Assembly (NCBI GenBank): GCA_963726255.1
Contig: CAVSBL010000002.1
Location: 1,952,001 to 2,016,000 of the forward strand
DNA length: 64,000 nt
Direction: 5' to 3'
Source of the DNA: Candidatus Bathyarchaeota archaeon
GTDB taxonomy: Archaea > Thermoproteota > Bathyarchaeia > 40CM-2-53-6
The notes below the pieces were generated by a model that did no database searches, was not told where the DNA came from, and worked only from the letters and a program-made list of their open reading frames with translations. Below are positions 18,342 through 28,553 of this stretch, piece after piece. A program made the position numbers and the translations under genes. Each line of letters begins with the position of its first letter. Position 1 is the stretch's first letter.

Positions 18342-19118
18342 TCACTTTTCCGTAATGAGGCTCCGTTTCCCTTTAGCTTTGTCCCAACGTAAGTTTCCTG
18401 CTTCGGCGGCCTTTCGATTGATCTCGTCTTCCGTAAAGCCTCTCTCCCGGAGGCGGGATCGCAATTTGGTCGATAAAACACACGGTAACAGGAAAACAGT
18501 TCCCTTGCTCAAGATTGGCATCTCAAGCTCCTGACCGCCGCTTTTCTCCCAAGCTTTCAGGATCATAATCCCATAATATCCGTGGTGCACCTTGTTGACG
18601 TAATCTGTACTAGGCGCCTTAGTGTAGTTGATCTTTCCACGACGCTTCCGATAGAGCCAGCGGTCAACACCCGCCTTCCGTTTCCGGATTCTACCCCGCA
18701 AATACACTCTTTCTCCGTTCTCCAGTCCGAGAATCTGCGGAATAACTCCGAGGTGTCGCTGACCGCACTTCGTGCACATAGGCACCTCTCCCTTTCTCGT
18801 CCTCTTCAGTGCTAGCGTTGCGTCTGTCCTCCCGACAACTTGATAATAGCGTCGAATTTCACTGGGCCCCCCAGCGATCCCTCGAATCTCTAGCAGCATC
18901 CCAACCTCGACTCGGGTGGCATCGCCCCAAAGATGCTCGGCCCTCTGGTTTTCTAAATCAATCCAATACTTGGTTCCCGAAGGTTTCGGGTAGCAGATAC
19001 GAACAGACACAACCACATATCTTCCGTATCTGCCTGGTAACCTAAACTTGTCTTTCCTGATGGGGCAATTGACATGGTCTCGGCCCAGGGAGGTCCGATC
19101 AACAGGGAGGATAATCAT
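18342..19118 (-). CDS. Basic hypothetical protein with a CxxC...H motif
   Basis: 258-aa ORF, Arg/Lys-rich, CTKCGQRH. Confidence 0.6.
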   Translation of the reverse strand: MIILPVDRTSLGRDHVNCPIRKDKFRLPGRYGRYVVVSVRICYPKPSGTKYWIDLENQRAEHLWGDATRVEVGMLLEIRGIAGGPSEIRRYYQVVGRTDATLALKRTRKGEVPMCTKCGQRHLGVIPQILGLENGERVYLRGRIRKRKAGVDRWLYRKRRGKINYTKAPSTDYVNKVHHGYYGIMILKAWEKSGGQELEMPILSKGTVFLLPCVLSTKLRSRLRERGFTEDEINRKAAEAGNLRWDKAKGKRSLITEK

Positions 19119-19218
19119 CCCTCTACCTTTGCCAAAGCGTTCTGAGAATGCCGTGGTGTGCTCATCGCCCTATGTCTTGATCTTCTATGCTTACAGGCAA
19201 CAATTCACGATTCTGGAA

Positions 19219-19974
19219 TCAGTATGCAATTCCAAATTTCTGCAGGCGTACCTGCGCTCGTTGCTTAACCCAGTGCGCATCGAATCCAAGTCTAGACGTT
19301 AATCTGGTCAATCGGACCGCTTCCTCAGATTCAGTTATTTCATCCGTGATTTTTTCCAATTGTGATTCAATGTCTCGACGAGTGATTACGCCCCATTTCA
19401 ATATTGAACGGAGTGCTTTCACAACTGTGTTGAGGGACTCTCTGTGTACGTAGGCGCGTCTGCGTCTCATTACGTAGGCGCTCGCTTTTCCCTTGCAATA
19501 TGCGACTTCCCAATCTGCGTTCTGCCTTGCCCGAAGTTTTTTCAGTGCTTGCTCATCTTCCTCTATCCTTCTGTTGAGCCAGCGTATGTCAGATTTTGCG
19601 TCGGGAACATGCTTCAGGACTGCTCGTTCGGATTTCCAGATGCGAATCGACCGCTTAAAATCTGATAACCATGCTGCTCTCAATCGCCGCTGCTGACGTA
19701 GATATGATGCGTGTTTCGTGGGTCTCGGTCCGATTGTAAATTCAGCATTGTTTGCCCTCAGGATGCGTTTCACATCGTCGAGATGCCTCTTGCGAGTCCA
19801 CATTGTGCCATGAGACTGGTGAGTCACATACCGACTGAGAATGCCTTTCTTTTTCTTTGGATGTTTTCTTCCGAACAGCTTCTCATGTATAGTTGATTTG
19901 TTCTTCGCGGGGAGGCGATAACTAATCATTATGTCCGATTTTGACAAACTTGGACCGAATATTGTCCTAGTCAT
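19219..19974 (-). CDS. Basic hypothetical protein with a coiled-coil C-terminus
   Basis: 251-aa ORF divergent from the MTase; true start may be the internal MISYRLP. Confidence 0.6.
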   Translation of the reverse strand: MTRTIFGPSLSKSDIMISYRLPAKNKSTIHEKLFGRKHPKKKKGILSRYVTHQSHGTMWTRKRHLDDVKRILRANNAEFTIGPRPTKHASYLRQQRRLRAAWLSDFKRSIRIWKSERAVLKHVPDAKSDIRWLNRRIEEDEQALKKLRARQNADWEVAYCKGKASAYVMRRRRAYVHRESLNTVVKALRSILKWGVITRRDIESQLEKITDEITESEEAVRLTRLTSRLGFDAHWVKQRAQVRLQKFGIAY

Positions 19975-19986
19975 TTCGCTTTAAAA
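19937..19986 (+). promoter_or_regulatory. Duplicated promoter/operator, copy A
   Basis: 50 bp, 48/50 identical to 21149-21198; GGAC-N8-GTCC inverted repeat plus TTTAAAA about 27 nt before ATG 20007. Confidence 0.75.
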
Positions 19987-20006
19987 ACATCCTGCCTAAC
20001 AATTTT

Positions 20007-20843
20007 ATGACAATATTAGAGATCGATCGCGGGCCCGTCAAGAGGCTGCGGTTTTTCGGATATCTCGGTGGTAAGCAACGGCTAATCAAAACCATTCTAC
20101 CCCTCATCCCTAAGCACTCTCGATATGTGGAAGTGTTCGGTGGATCCGCAGCGATTCTACTGAACAAGCCTCCAAGCGCTGTCGAGGTTTTCAACGACAT
20201 AGATGCCGAACTAATCAACCTCTTCATGACCGTCCGAGACCATCCCAAACAGTTTGCACGCTATGTCCAAAGCCTGCCATACAGTCGGGAACTGTATGAA
20301 CGTTGGCAACGGCAAATCAAGAACGAGGGCTTACACGGGACCCAGCTTGAACACGCAGCCGAGTTCTACTACCTACTTCGGAGTTCCTTTTTCTGCCATG
20401 TTGAGAAAGGTTGGCGCTTCGCAACCAAAACAGACGAAGCGAGCCGACTCTATAACTGCATTGGTGAAGTTGAAACCATCGCACGGCGATTGCAGAGTGT
20501 TTACATTGATCACTTGGATTTCCGGCGCTGCATCAAGAATTGGGATAGGCCGGACACTTTCTTCTTCCTGGACCCCCCATACTATGGCGCCGTTCCGTAC
20601 CGGAAAGGTGTCCCCGCATTCACCGTCCAGGATCATGAGGACCTAGCATCTCTGCTTCATCACACCAAGGGCAAGTGGCTGCTCACATACAACGACCACC
20701 CGAGAGTTGTGGAGTTGTACGCTGGCGACAGGCGCATAGCAGTTTCCACGGCTTTGAACACGGACAAGATGGCTGCCAACCGCAGGCTTCAGCGGCAACT
20801 AATCATTCTAAAAAATAGTCAGAAAGAAGAAGGGCTTCACTGA
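20007..20843 (+). CDS. Dam-family (D12 class) N6-adenine DNA methyltransferase, orphan
   Basis: YLGGK, YVEVFGGS, VFNDID, FFLDPPY, LLTYND. Confidence 0.92.
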   Translation: MTILEIDRGPVKRLRFFGYLGGKQRLIKTILPLIPKHSRYVEVFGGSAAILLNKPPSAVEVFNDIDAELINLFMTVRDHPKQFARYVQSLPYSRELYERWQRQIKNEGLHGTQLEHAAEFYYLLRSSFFCHVEKGWRFATKTDEASRLYNCIGEVETIARRLQSVYIDHLDFRRCIKNWDRPDTFFFLDPPYYGAVPYRKGVPAFTVQDHEDLASLLHHTKGKWLLTYNDHPRVVELYAGDRRIAVSTALNTDKMAANRRLQRQLIILKNSQKEEGLH

Positions 20844-20856
20844 GGAAGGATATGGC

Positions 20857-21156
20857 ATGATCACCTTAGAGCTGAGCAAGAGGACCTTGCAATGGCTTGT
20901 TGATTGCCTGGAAGCCACTGTGCCCACGGTCTGCCGAGGATGTGGAAGAGAGATAATCCGCTGCCCCCTCTGCGGCGATTGGACATTGTACTACGCGAAC
21001 CCCGATTGCAGGTACGGCGGCTTGTCGGTTTCCGACATGCTAAAAACGCCATTCCACATTCACATTGGGGAGTCTTCTTCTTTCTTCTCCCTTAGGAGGG
21101 GTAAGAGAATCCACTCACACCACCCTCTGAAATCCTCAACATGCCACGGATTTTGA
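20857..21156 (+). CDS. Small Cys-rich (zinc-ribbon) protein
   Basis: CRGC, CPLC; purine-rich SD-like GAGGAAGGA upstream. Confidence 0.55.
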   Translation: MITLELSKRTLQWLVDCLEATVPTVCRGCGREIIRCPLCGDWTLYYANPDCRYGGLSVSDMLKTPFHIHIGESSSFFSLRRGKRIHSHHPLKSSTCHGF

Positions 21157-21198
21157 CAATCTCGGACCGAATATTGTCCTAGTCATTTCGCTTTAAAA
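21149..21198 (+). promoter_or_regulatory. Duplicated promoter/operator, copy B
   Basis: GATTTTGACAATCTCGGACCGAATATTGTCCTAGTCATTTCGCTTTAAAA; TATA about 28 nt before GTG 21220. Confidence 0.75.
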
Positions 21199-21219
21199 GC
21201 ATTTGAAACAGCGCTTACG

Positions 21220-21756
21220 GTGAAACCGGTGGCAATAAGGGGAATAACGAAAGGAAAACTGAAGGTAAGCGCATCAGGGATCAAACACGCTCGTCAGTCT
21301 CCTGGGCGAGGCTGGTCAGATTCTACAATCCCAGAGTTGTGGAACTATTGCGACCTCTGGTTAGAGGATAGGAAGTGTGACTACTGGCGAAAGTTCCCCT
21401 GCCCAAAGTGCGGTGCCGACGCCTGGGAGTCGTTGACGGAGAGAGTAACCGACGACAACGGGTTCGGTGAAGAATGGGTTATTGAACAGGGAGGGGAGTG
21501 CGACCACGTCCCCTACGACAAATATGTTTTGGTCACGTGCCAAGCAGTCGATGTGGTCGAAAACGGCAAAACCGTAGCGGTTGTCGAACCCGACTCTTAC
21601 GATCCGGTTGACTGGCTAAGGTACGAGTACAAGAGGAATGGACCAGACGTAGATTACCGCCGTCCGGTCGCTGCCTTTGGCACTCTCTTCCAAGCGACGA
21701 CGGCGACGGTCGTGGAAAGCCGGGCCTTAGCGCTCGCCGAGGACGAGACCAATTGA
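21220..21756 (+). CDS. Hypothetical protein with a zinc ribbon
   Basis: CPKCG...CDH; stop overlaps the next start. Confidence 0.65.
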   Translation: MKPVAIRGITKGKLKVSASGIKHARQSPGRGWSDSTIPELWNYCDLWLEDRKCDYWRKFPCPKCGADAWESLTERVTDDNGFGEEWVIEQGGECDHVPYDKYVLVTCQAVDVVENGKTVAVVEPDSYDPVDWLRYEYKRNGPDVDYRRPVAAFGTLFQATTATVVESRALALAEDETN

Positions 21757-24227
21757 GTCGCACGAAGGACGCCTCCACGTATTCGGAAATGAACTCGGTC
21801 GGGAGATTTGACGTGGGCTTTGCAGCTTTTGTTGCGTCTATAATATCGATTTTTGTCGTCCTCGTTCTTTTCTCATACACCGAAATCTTGTTTGTACTTC
21901 TTCTCCTCGCTCCTCTTTGGGTGCTTACGGGTTGGGTTGCAAACAGGCACATCGCACAGCACAACAAGCAGCCGAACGCTCAAACAATCATGGTTTGTCC
22001 CGGCTGTACTGTCGAAGAGAAATGGAAGACACTCGGTTACAGCATGATTGTTGCAGCGGTTCCAAACTACATCGCAAGCGCAGTCCTGACGGAAATCGAA
22101 GCGGTCAGAGTCCCACTCACAGGATGGCCCATCACCTTATCGCCCCTATTTCATGTGTTCACAGCGCTGTTCTTGATCTTGGCGATATTTACCATCCTTA
22201 AGGCGCGAAGTTACTCACATGACCTTGCGGAGTTCAAGACCGCCTACGCCTCCTCTACCACTTATCAAACATTAGAAATGGCAAAAGATGGGCGTGTCGT
22301 ACTCGGTCATGAATTTCGTTATGCCATACAAACTTCAGTACCGACCGCTGCTGATTCACTGCACCCTCTGCCTGGTGAGATTAGGACTAGAACCGTTAGA
22401 CAATGGATTGGAAAAGACGGTCCCTTCACAGTGGATCTGGAAAAGGAGAGAAACCCGCACTGTGTGGTCTTCGGCAGCTCGGGGACAGGGAAAAGCGAAA
22501 CCGTCAGAGCCCTCGTCCTCCGTTACTGGTTAGCGAAGCAGATTCCCTCTCTGATTATAGATTGGCAAGGAGAATACGCTTCTTTCGTGAGGAAGATTGG
22601 AGGAGTGGTTTGGTCGGTTCCGCAGGAATTCACTGTGAACCCACTTCGTCTGGAAGGATTCAGACCATCACAACGAGCTGCTGAAATCGAAGAATCGCTG
22701 ATTGTCAACCTAGAACTTACTGCTTTACAGGCATCCGAGGTGCGGAAAATTGTCTCTGAAGCCTACCGAGAAGCCGGCATAGAGGAAGAAGACAAGGAAA
22801 CATGGAAACTTCCTCCTCCAGTATGGGGCGACATCATCGAGATAATGAGCGCCAAACTGCGAAGCGGGCAATACACGGGCGAAAAAATCCAATGGATCGA
22901 TTGGGCTATTCTCAGGCTGCAACGGGCTGACCGTATCTTCGGCGAAGAAACGCAAGAATTCTTTGGCGTGGCATTGAAGGTGCCGACGTGCATCGACCTA
23001 TCAGGTCTCTCGGGCGCAGATGTCGCCAAGGCTCTGGTCACCTACACAATTTTCCAGCGCATATATGACCAGTTCGATATTAGAGGATTTAGCGTTCTCA
23101 AGCTCCTAGTTGTTTTGGAGGAAGCACACCAAATCCTGCAAAGCCAAATTGGAAAGACGAATAGTACTCAAGAGTCATTGATTGTCAGAATCATAAGACT
23201 CGGTCGAAAATATGGTTACGGAGTAATCCTTGCCAGTCATCAACCCACAGACATACCACAAGCAGCAATCTCGAATGCGGCAACCATAGTCGCCATGATG
23301 CTGGATGAACCACAACAGGTCAACTATGTAAGAAGATTCGTCAACCTCTCAAAACCTGAGAGAGAGATATACGCTACCCTACCGCAAGGCGGGGCATTCA
23401 TCAAACACCTGGGCGAGCCGCACTCGCACCTCGTCAAGACCCAGATGGTGTCTGTCGATGAAATTCAGTTCTCAAGGTCACTCACCGAAAAAATACGCAA
23501 TGAAGTACTGAAGCCTCCCACGCTGCAGCCGCTATCAATGAGGTCAACAGACCCTCCTGCAACCGAGACTACACAAGCACGTTCAGTTCGTGTATCCTCC
23601 AGTCCATCTCTGAATGAAGTGGACGAGGCTCTGACTATGCTCCAGAAAAGAATCCAGCATTTTCTGGAGGGCGGTCCAACGACAATGAAAAAACTGCTTA
23701 AAGCATTTCCTAATGTAGCTTACCGAGAATTGTTGACGTACCTCAGTGATTTGGAGAATCATGGCTTTGTCCAAGAAGAAAAAGTTGCAAACCTTGAAGG
23801 AAAGGGGACAGTCTTCTATGCTGCGCTCAAGTCGGAATGGCTTCAAAGCGAAAGCATAGAACACAGAGCAATGCTTCTGATGATTTCAGAAGCTCTGAAC
23901 CACCTCCGCCCGGTCCCGTATATGCGATCCGAAGCGAATGCGCCGGACTTGGGTTTGGAACTTACAAATCCAAAGATTGCCATAGAAGTTGAAACCGGGC
24001 GGAAAAAACTAACATTCGCTGAACTTGACAAGTGGGCGACAGATGTCAAAATCCGTAACATTAAACTCGGTTACAGAGATATACTAGTTGTCGTGCCAAA
24101 TGCATCTGTCGAAGCTCACTACAAAGAGGCGTGCGAAAAAACCGGATTAGAACTGACAACAATGGCGAAACTCGGAGCCAAACCATGTGACAGCGACAAA
24201 GGAGACGCGGAAAGCAACGCAGGTTAA
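21753..24227 (+). CDS. Membrane-anchored HerA/FtsK/VirB4-VirD4-like ATPase with C-terminal wHTH and PD-(D/E)xK-like domain
   Basis: About 4 N-terminal TM helices; PHCVVFGSSGTGKS; IIDWQGEY; VVLEEAH; RLGRKYG; ASHQP; C-terminal EHRAM...PDL...IAIEVETG. Confidence 0.8.
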   Translation: MSRTKDASTYSEMNSVGRFDVGFAAFVASIISIFVVLVLFSYTEILFVLLLLAPLWVLTGWVANRHIAQHNKQPNAQTIMVCPGCTVEEKWKTLGYSMIVAAVPNYIASAVLTEIEAVRVPLTGWPITLSPLFHVFTALFLILAIFTILKARSYSHDLAEFKTAYASSTTYQTLEMAKDGRVVLGHEFRYAIQTSVPTAADSLHPLPGEIRTRTVRQWIGKDGPFTVDLEKERNPHCVVFGSSGTGKSETVRALVLRYWLAKQIPSLIIDWQGEYASFVRKIGGVVWSVPQEFTVNPLRLEGFRPSQRAAEIEESLIVNLELTALQASEVRKIVSEAYREAGIEEEDKETWKLPPPVWGDIIEIMSAKLRSGQYTGEKIQWIDWAILRLQRADRIFGEETQEFFGVALKVPTCIDLSGLSGADVAKALVTYTIFQRIYDQFDIRGFSVLKLLVVLEEAHQILQSQIGKTNSTQESLIVRIIRLGRKYGYGVILASHQPTDIPQAAISNAATIVAMMLDEPQQVNYVRRFVNLSKPEREIYATLPQGGAFIKHLGEPHSHLVKTQMVSVDEIQFSRSLTEKIRNEVLKPPTLQPLSMRSTDPPATETTQARSVRVSSSPSLNEVDEALTMLQKRIQHFLEGGPTTMKKLLKAFPNVAYRELLTYLSDLENHGFVQEEKVANLEGKGTVFYAALKSEWLQSESIEHRAMLLMISEALNHLRPVPYMRSEANAPDLGLELTNPKIAIEVETGRKKLTFAELDKWATDVKIRNIKLGYRDILVVVPNASVEAHYKEACEKTGLELTTMAKLGAKPCDSDKGDAESNAG

Positions 24228-24746
24228 TTCCAGCCAATCTGAGGTCGTGGGTGTTGATTGCAGACCAGGTAGGTTTCCTGTGCGCCTGTCCCCTTGCCCC
24301 TGCATGATCCCCTCTTAATAGTGATTGACAACTTGCACTCTTTCTCCTCGGTTAATTGACCTCGTGTCCGTGCAATGCCTCTCCGGCAGTTGGCAGCCTC
24401 CCCGAGGGCATCTCTTTCTTAGCTTTCCGCTGCGAGCATGTCCAGGTCGCTTTTCGCTCTTTGTCTATGGCAGCTTACCGAGATGCTTGGAAGATGGGGC
24501 AGCGCCCCAGCCCCTCAACGCGGAGAGACGCCCACGGTACCCTGATGGGGGTGGCGACAAACCAACATTCTGCCAGGACAACTGGCGATTAAGTTCCAGT
24601 TCAAGTTGGGGGATTTCTCCCGCCTCATGCTGAGCAACTGCTGGGGCTGCTTGAGAAGGCGGCGGAAGAACAGAGGTACAACTAATCGAATATCTTTCCC
24701 GCCTCTATACACAGCGCTATGCGCTCTTTCAAGAAAACGCTGCATC

Positions 24747-25007
24747 TCATGATTCAGATGTCTTATCAGAAGACCAGTCGGAAAAGACATGAGGTTTACC
24801 TTCTGTTGTGAACTTTCCTTCCGTCCCCTTGATTCCTCCCCCCTTCAAGATTCCCTCATACTGTTCGTGCTCACATTTGTCACACTTGAATTGTCTGTAT
24901 TGTTGCCTAGCGCCGCTAGCTTCACCTTTGTCAAACGTTTGCCCTGTAGGATTTAGATGCCCTTCTCTGCATTTCGGGCAAAGGTCACCTGCTGGCAACT
25001 TGACCAC
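24747..25007 (-). CDS. Small zinc-ribbon protein
   Basis: CPKC...FKCDKCEH. Confidence 0.55.
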   Translation of the reverse strand: MVKLPAGDLCPKCREGHLNPTGQTFDKGEASGARQQYRQFKCDKCEHEQYEGILKGGGIKGTEGKFTTEGKPHVFSDWSSDKTSES

Positions 25008-25083
25008 TAGATTGGAGAACCTTGCTTGTCGAATCCAAATCGGAGAATACCGGACGGCTGGACAATCCCTTTTCGTGTTCTTC

Positions 25084-25668
25084 TCAGTTGTTATGTGTGA
25101 AGATGTTGGTTACAGGTTTATGCCTCGGGTAGGGTGGAAGAAGGGCTGGGAATGTATCCGGCTTGCCTTTCAGGGTTAGCGATGCCCTCACGGCACTTTC
25201 TATTCGGCCACCAATGATACGCTCCACAGTTTTCGTTAATCGTTCCTGCCAGTCTGGCATATATGCGGAGAGCAGGTTCTTGAAGAGCTTGTTGTGTCGC
25301 CGCACCTTTAAGTGAAGAAGCTCGTGACAGATCACATATTCTACGAACTGCTTGGGCATGTTCAGAAGCTTTTCATTCAACGTAATGTTCCGCGACGGCG
25401 AGCAGGAAGCCCACTTGTTTCTTAGTCTTCTTACCTGAACGTTCCCAGTTTTGACGCCAAGCTTGTTTTTCCACGACTGAACCATTTGTCGGATTTCTCG
25501 GTTGGTCAGGCAACCGGTTAGGCCGTTTGTGTTGGTTTCCGAGACGGCTGACTCCAGGAGCTCTCTTGATTCCGCGGTCAAGGATTCAGGGAGAGCTATT
25601 GTCAGCACCTCAGGTGATAAGTAGTAACCGATTGAGTTTCGGGTTTCTTTCCTGAGCCTAATCTTCAT
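25084..25668 (-). CDS. YgjP/DUF45 (M48-like) metallo-protein associated with type I R-M
   Basis: KWASCS, YVICHELLH, HNKLF...YMPDW; ATGA overlap with the hsdR stop. Confidence 0.85.
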   Translation of the reverse strand: MKIRLRKETRNSIGYYLSPEVLTIALPESLTAESRELLESAVSETNTNGLTGCLTNREIRQMVQSWKNKLGVKTGNVQVRRLRNKWASCSPSRNITLNEKLLNMPKQFVEYVICHELLHLKVRRHNKLFKNLLSAYMPDWQERLTKTVERIIGGRIESAVRASLTLKGKPDTFPALLPPYPRHKPVTNIFTHNN

Positions 25669-28553
25669 GGCCCGATCATCCTCCTGTGAACGTCGAGAAT
25701 TGAGTTGACTACTTCCGGGAGTTTTTCCGGTGAAGCCTTCCCAAGCAATAGCTTGTAGACTCGCATTCTCACGTCCATCTCCTTCTTCTTGTCCAAGGGC
25801 CAAGTCTTGTTGCTTTCAAGGAGCTTGAAGATTTGTCGTGACAAGGCTGTGATGTCATTTGGGATTTTGTATTCTCTGAGCGACCAGAACACGCCGTATT
25901 CCCCTGTGCTTAGCTTCAGCTGAATCCTTTCTGCTTCGGACTTTGCAATTCTGTCGGCGATCTCTAGAAGATGATTGAGAGCCTCTTTACTTTCGATTTG
26001 TCTTTCTTCGAATTTCCTGATTACCTGCTCAGCTATGACTCCGATCGAAAACAGATAAGGCTCTCGCTTCGCTCCAGTCTGGACGTGTATCACTATGCTT
26101 CTGTAGAGGTTCACAACCTTGGCTTTTTCAGGGATTCTTTCACCCTGAAGTTTCTCAACGACTTTGTCATCAATCCTGTAGGCCGGGAGGCTTGCAATTG
26201 CTGACTGCAGATCGACGTGCTTCCTAATCAGTTCCTTAGTCTTGTTTCTTAGGTCTCTGTAGAGATCCGCCTCTTTCGGTCGGAACATATTCTGGATTAT
26301 CTTGTATAGCTCGCCGAGCGCTGCATAGTCCTCAATGTAATCACGCAAAAACACGTCAGGAGAGAGAATTTCGAACAGCGCTTCAATTTGCTTGAACAGC
26401 TTCGAGAACTTCTCTCTTTCCTTCGGATCAACGAATCTCTCTGCAATTGCACCGAGCGTCTTGTCGTCAATGCCCCCTTTTATGAGCGCTAGGTAATCGC
26501 GTCCTTGCTTCATTAGTTCGACGAATCTCTCTTTGAGCACGGTGAGGTCTGTGAGAGCGCCTTCGACAGTCTCTGAGTCAAAGCTAAGTGCTCTTTTGAG
26601 GTCTTCGAGGACTCCGACAAAATCTACTATCAGACCCGCCGATTTCTTTTGGCCCGCTTCGTCATCCAATGGCCTGTTTACTCTTGCTATCGCTTGGAGA
26701 AGTGTGTGGTCCTTGAATGGCTTGTCCAGATACATGCAGTAGAGAATCGGTGCGTCAAAACCCGTAAGCAGCTTTTGAGTTACTATGAGAATCTTGGGAA
26801 GCTTGTCTGCAGACTTGAAGCTGGTTCTGACGTTTTCCTCCTGCTCCTCGGACAGGTGAAAGGTCTTGAGTAACTGTGAATCCCTCTGGTCCGGGGTGAA
26901 GACGACGGCAGAACAATCCGGCGGAAGATACTTGTCCAGCGCACGCTTGTAGAGCGCACAGCCCTCTCTGTCAACGGCGACGATGAAGGCTTTCAATCCC
27001 AACGGTTCTACGTATTGCCTGAAATGGTTAGCCATGAACTTCGCAACTTTGTCGACCCTGTCTTCCGACTTGAGAAAGTTCTTGAGCTTGACTGCTCTGT
27101 CAAGCACCTTGTCAAGTTCTTCGATGCTTGCGATGCCTTCCTTTTCAACAAGCGCGAAGAACTCTTTTTCGAGCAGTTCCTTGTCGACGCGCATGTCTTG
27201 AGGCGCTAATGCGTAATAGAGCGGCACTGTCGTGCGGTCTTGTATCGATTCCCTGATGGAATATTTGTCCAAATATCCTTGCGGGTCATGCTTGCCGAAC
27301 ACAACAAAGGTTCCTTTGCCGATGTTGCTTCTGTCGATCGGCGTTCCCGTGAAACCGAAATAGGAGGCACGAGGCATCGCTGCACGCATGTAAGTTCCTA
27401 GATTGCCTTCCTGAGACCGGTGCGCCTCGTCGACCAGTACGATTATGTTCTTTCGGGTGTTGATGTCTTTCTCGATGCCTTCGAATTTCTGTATCGTTGT
27501 TACAATCAGTCCTCTGTAGTCGCTCTTGAGCAAGTCGCTGAGATGTTCCTTGTTGTCGGCCAGTTTACAGTTTGGAAAACCGAACGAGACCAGGTTCTTC
27601 CACATTTGGCTCTCTAGTTCGGTCCTATCAATGACCACCAGGATGGTTGGCTTCTCAAGGGAACTCTGCTTTCTGAGCCTGTGCGCCGCCACAATCATGG
27701 TAAATGTCTTGCCTGAACCCTGAGTATGCCAAACGAGGCCTGAGTCAAGTCCCTCAGAAATCACGCGGCTGACTATTTTCTCAACAGCTCTCATCTGATG
27801 TTGATCGAGCACGAATTTGTAGAGCTCTTCATCCTTCGTGAAGAAGAAAGTATAGTCCTCTAGCAATCGAAGAATCCTGGATTTGTCGAAGAAGTCTTTG
27901 ACAAGGTTCTCTAGGTTTACATCATCGCCGAGTTTCCATTTGTGAATGTTCCTCTCATCCAGATTCCAAGTAGGTCCAAACTTAAGTTGAATCCCATCGC
28001 TCAAGGCGAAAAGCTGGACTACTTTCATGAGGTCAGGAATTTCCTCGTGATATCGTTGGACCTGTGCCTTCGCTTCCCTAATGGGATCCGAAACAGCAGG
28101 TGACTTCGTTTCGATGAGTGTCAGAGGGATGCCGTTGACGAAAAGTGTGATGTCGGCGCGGTCTGTCTCTATGTCAGAGAACTCAAATTCCTTTGTAGCA
28201 TGGAAATCGTTGTTCTCAGGATGGTCGAAATCGATGAGTTTGATGTTGAGTTCCCTTCTTTCCTTCTCGATATAAATCGTCTTCTCTCCTCGAAGATACT
28301 GCAGGAATTCCTGGTTGCCCCCAAGATTCGCGCGTACATTCTTCAGCTTCTTGACGACTTCGTCAACCTGCTCGTCTGTAGTTATGACGCCCTTGTTGAG
28401 TTCCTTGATCTTCTGACTCAATATAGGCAGGAGAAAGTGTTCGGTGATATTGTCGCGGAGTTCGAGGCACCTGTCTGGCTCTAAGTATTTCCAACCTATC
28501 TCGTCTAGGTACTTAATGATTGGATCCCGTACGGCTTTGAATTCAAGAGGCAT
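25665..28553 (-). CDS. hsdR: Type I restriction enzyme R subunit
   Basis: RADITLFVNGIPLTLIETK, WHTQGSGKT, DEAHRSQ, FTGTP, LLTGFDAP, LLQAIARVNR. Confidence 0.95.
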   Translation of the reverse strand: MPLEFKAVRDPIIKYLDEIGWKYLEPDRCLELRDNITEHFLLPILSQKIKELNKGVITTDEQVDEVVKKLKNVRANLGGNQEFLQYLRGEKTIYIEKERRELNIKLIDFDHPENNDFHATKEFEFSDIETDRADITLFVNGIPLTLIETKSPAVSDPIREAKAQVQRYHEEIPDLMKVVQLFALSDGIQLKFGPTWNLDERNIHKWKLGDDVNLENLVKDFFDKSRILRLLEDYTFFFTKDEELYKFVLDQHQMRAVEKIVSRVISEGLDSGLVWHTQGSGKTFTMIVAAHRLRKQSSLEKPTILVVIDRTELESQMWKNLVSFGFPNCKLADNKEHLSDLLKSDYRGLIVTTIQKFEGIEKDINTRKNIIVLVDEAHRSQEGNLGTYMRAAMPRASYFGFTGTPIDRSNIGKGTFVVFGKHDPQGYLDKYSIRESIQDRTTVPLYYALAPQDMRVDKELLEKEFFALVEKEGIASIEELDKVLDRAVKLKNFLKSEDRVDKVAKFMANHFRQYVEPLGLKAFIVAVDREGCALYKRALDKYLPPDCSAVVFTPDQRDSQLLKTFHLSEEQEENVRTSFKSADKLPKILIVTQKLLTGFDAPILYCMYLDKPFKDHTLLQAIARVNRPLDDEAGQKKSAGLIVDFVGVLEDLKRALSFDSETVEGALTDLTVLKERFVELMKQGRDYLALIKGGIDDKTLGAIAERFVDPKEREKFSKLFKQIEALFEILSPDVFLRDYIEDYAALGELYKIIQNMFRPKEADLYRDLRNKTKELIRKHVDLQSAIASLPAYRIDDKVVEKLQGERIPEKAKVVNLYRSIVIHVQTGAKREPYLFSIGVIAEQVIRKFEERQIESKEALNHLLEIADRIAKSEAERIQLKLSTGEYGVFWSLREYKIPNDITALSRQIFKLLESNKTWPLDKKKEMDVRMRVYKLLLGKASPEKLPEVVNSILDVHRRMIGP

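Noticed and set aside
24228-24746. Short ORFs between the ATPase and the zinc-ribbon gene
   Set aside because: Several overlapping frames, none with recognisable motifs or start signals
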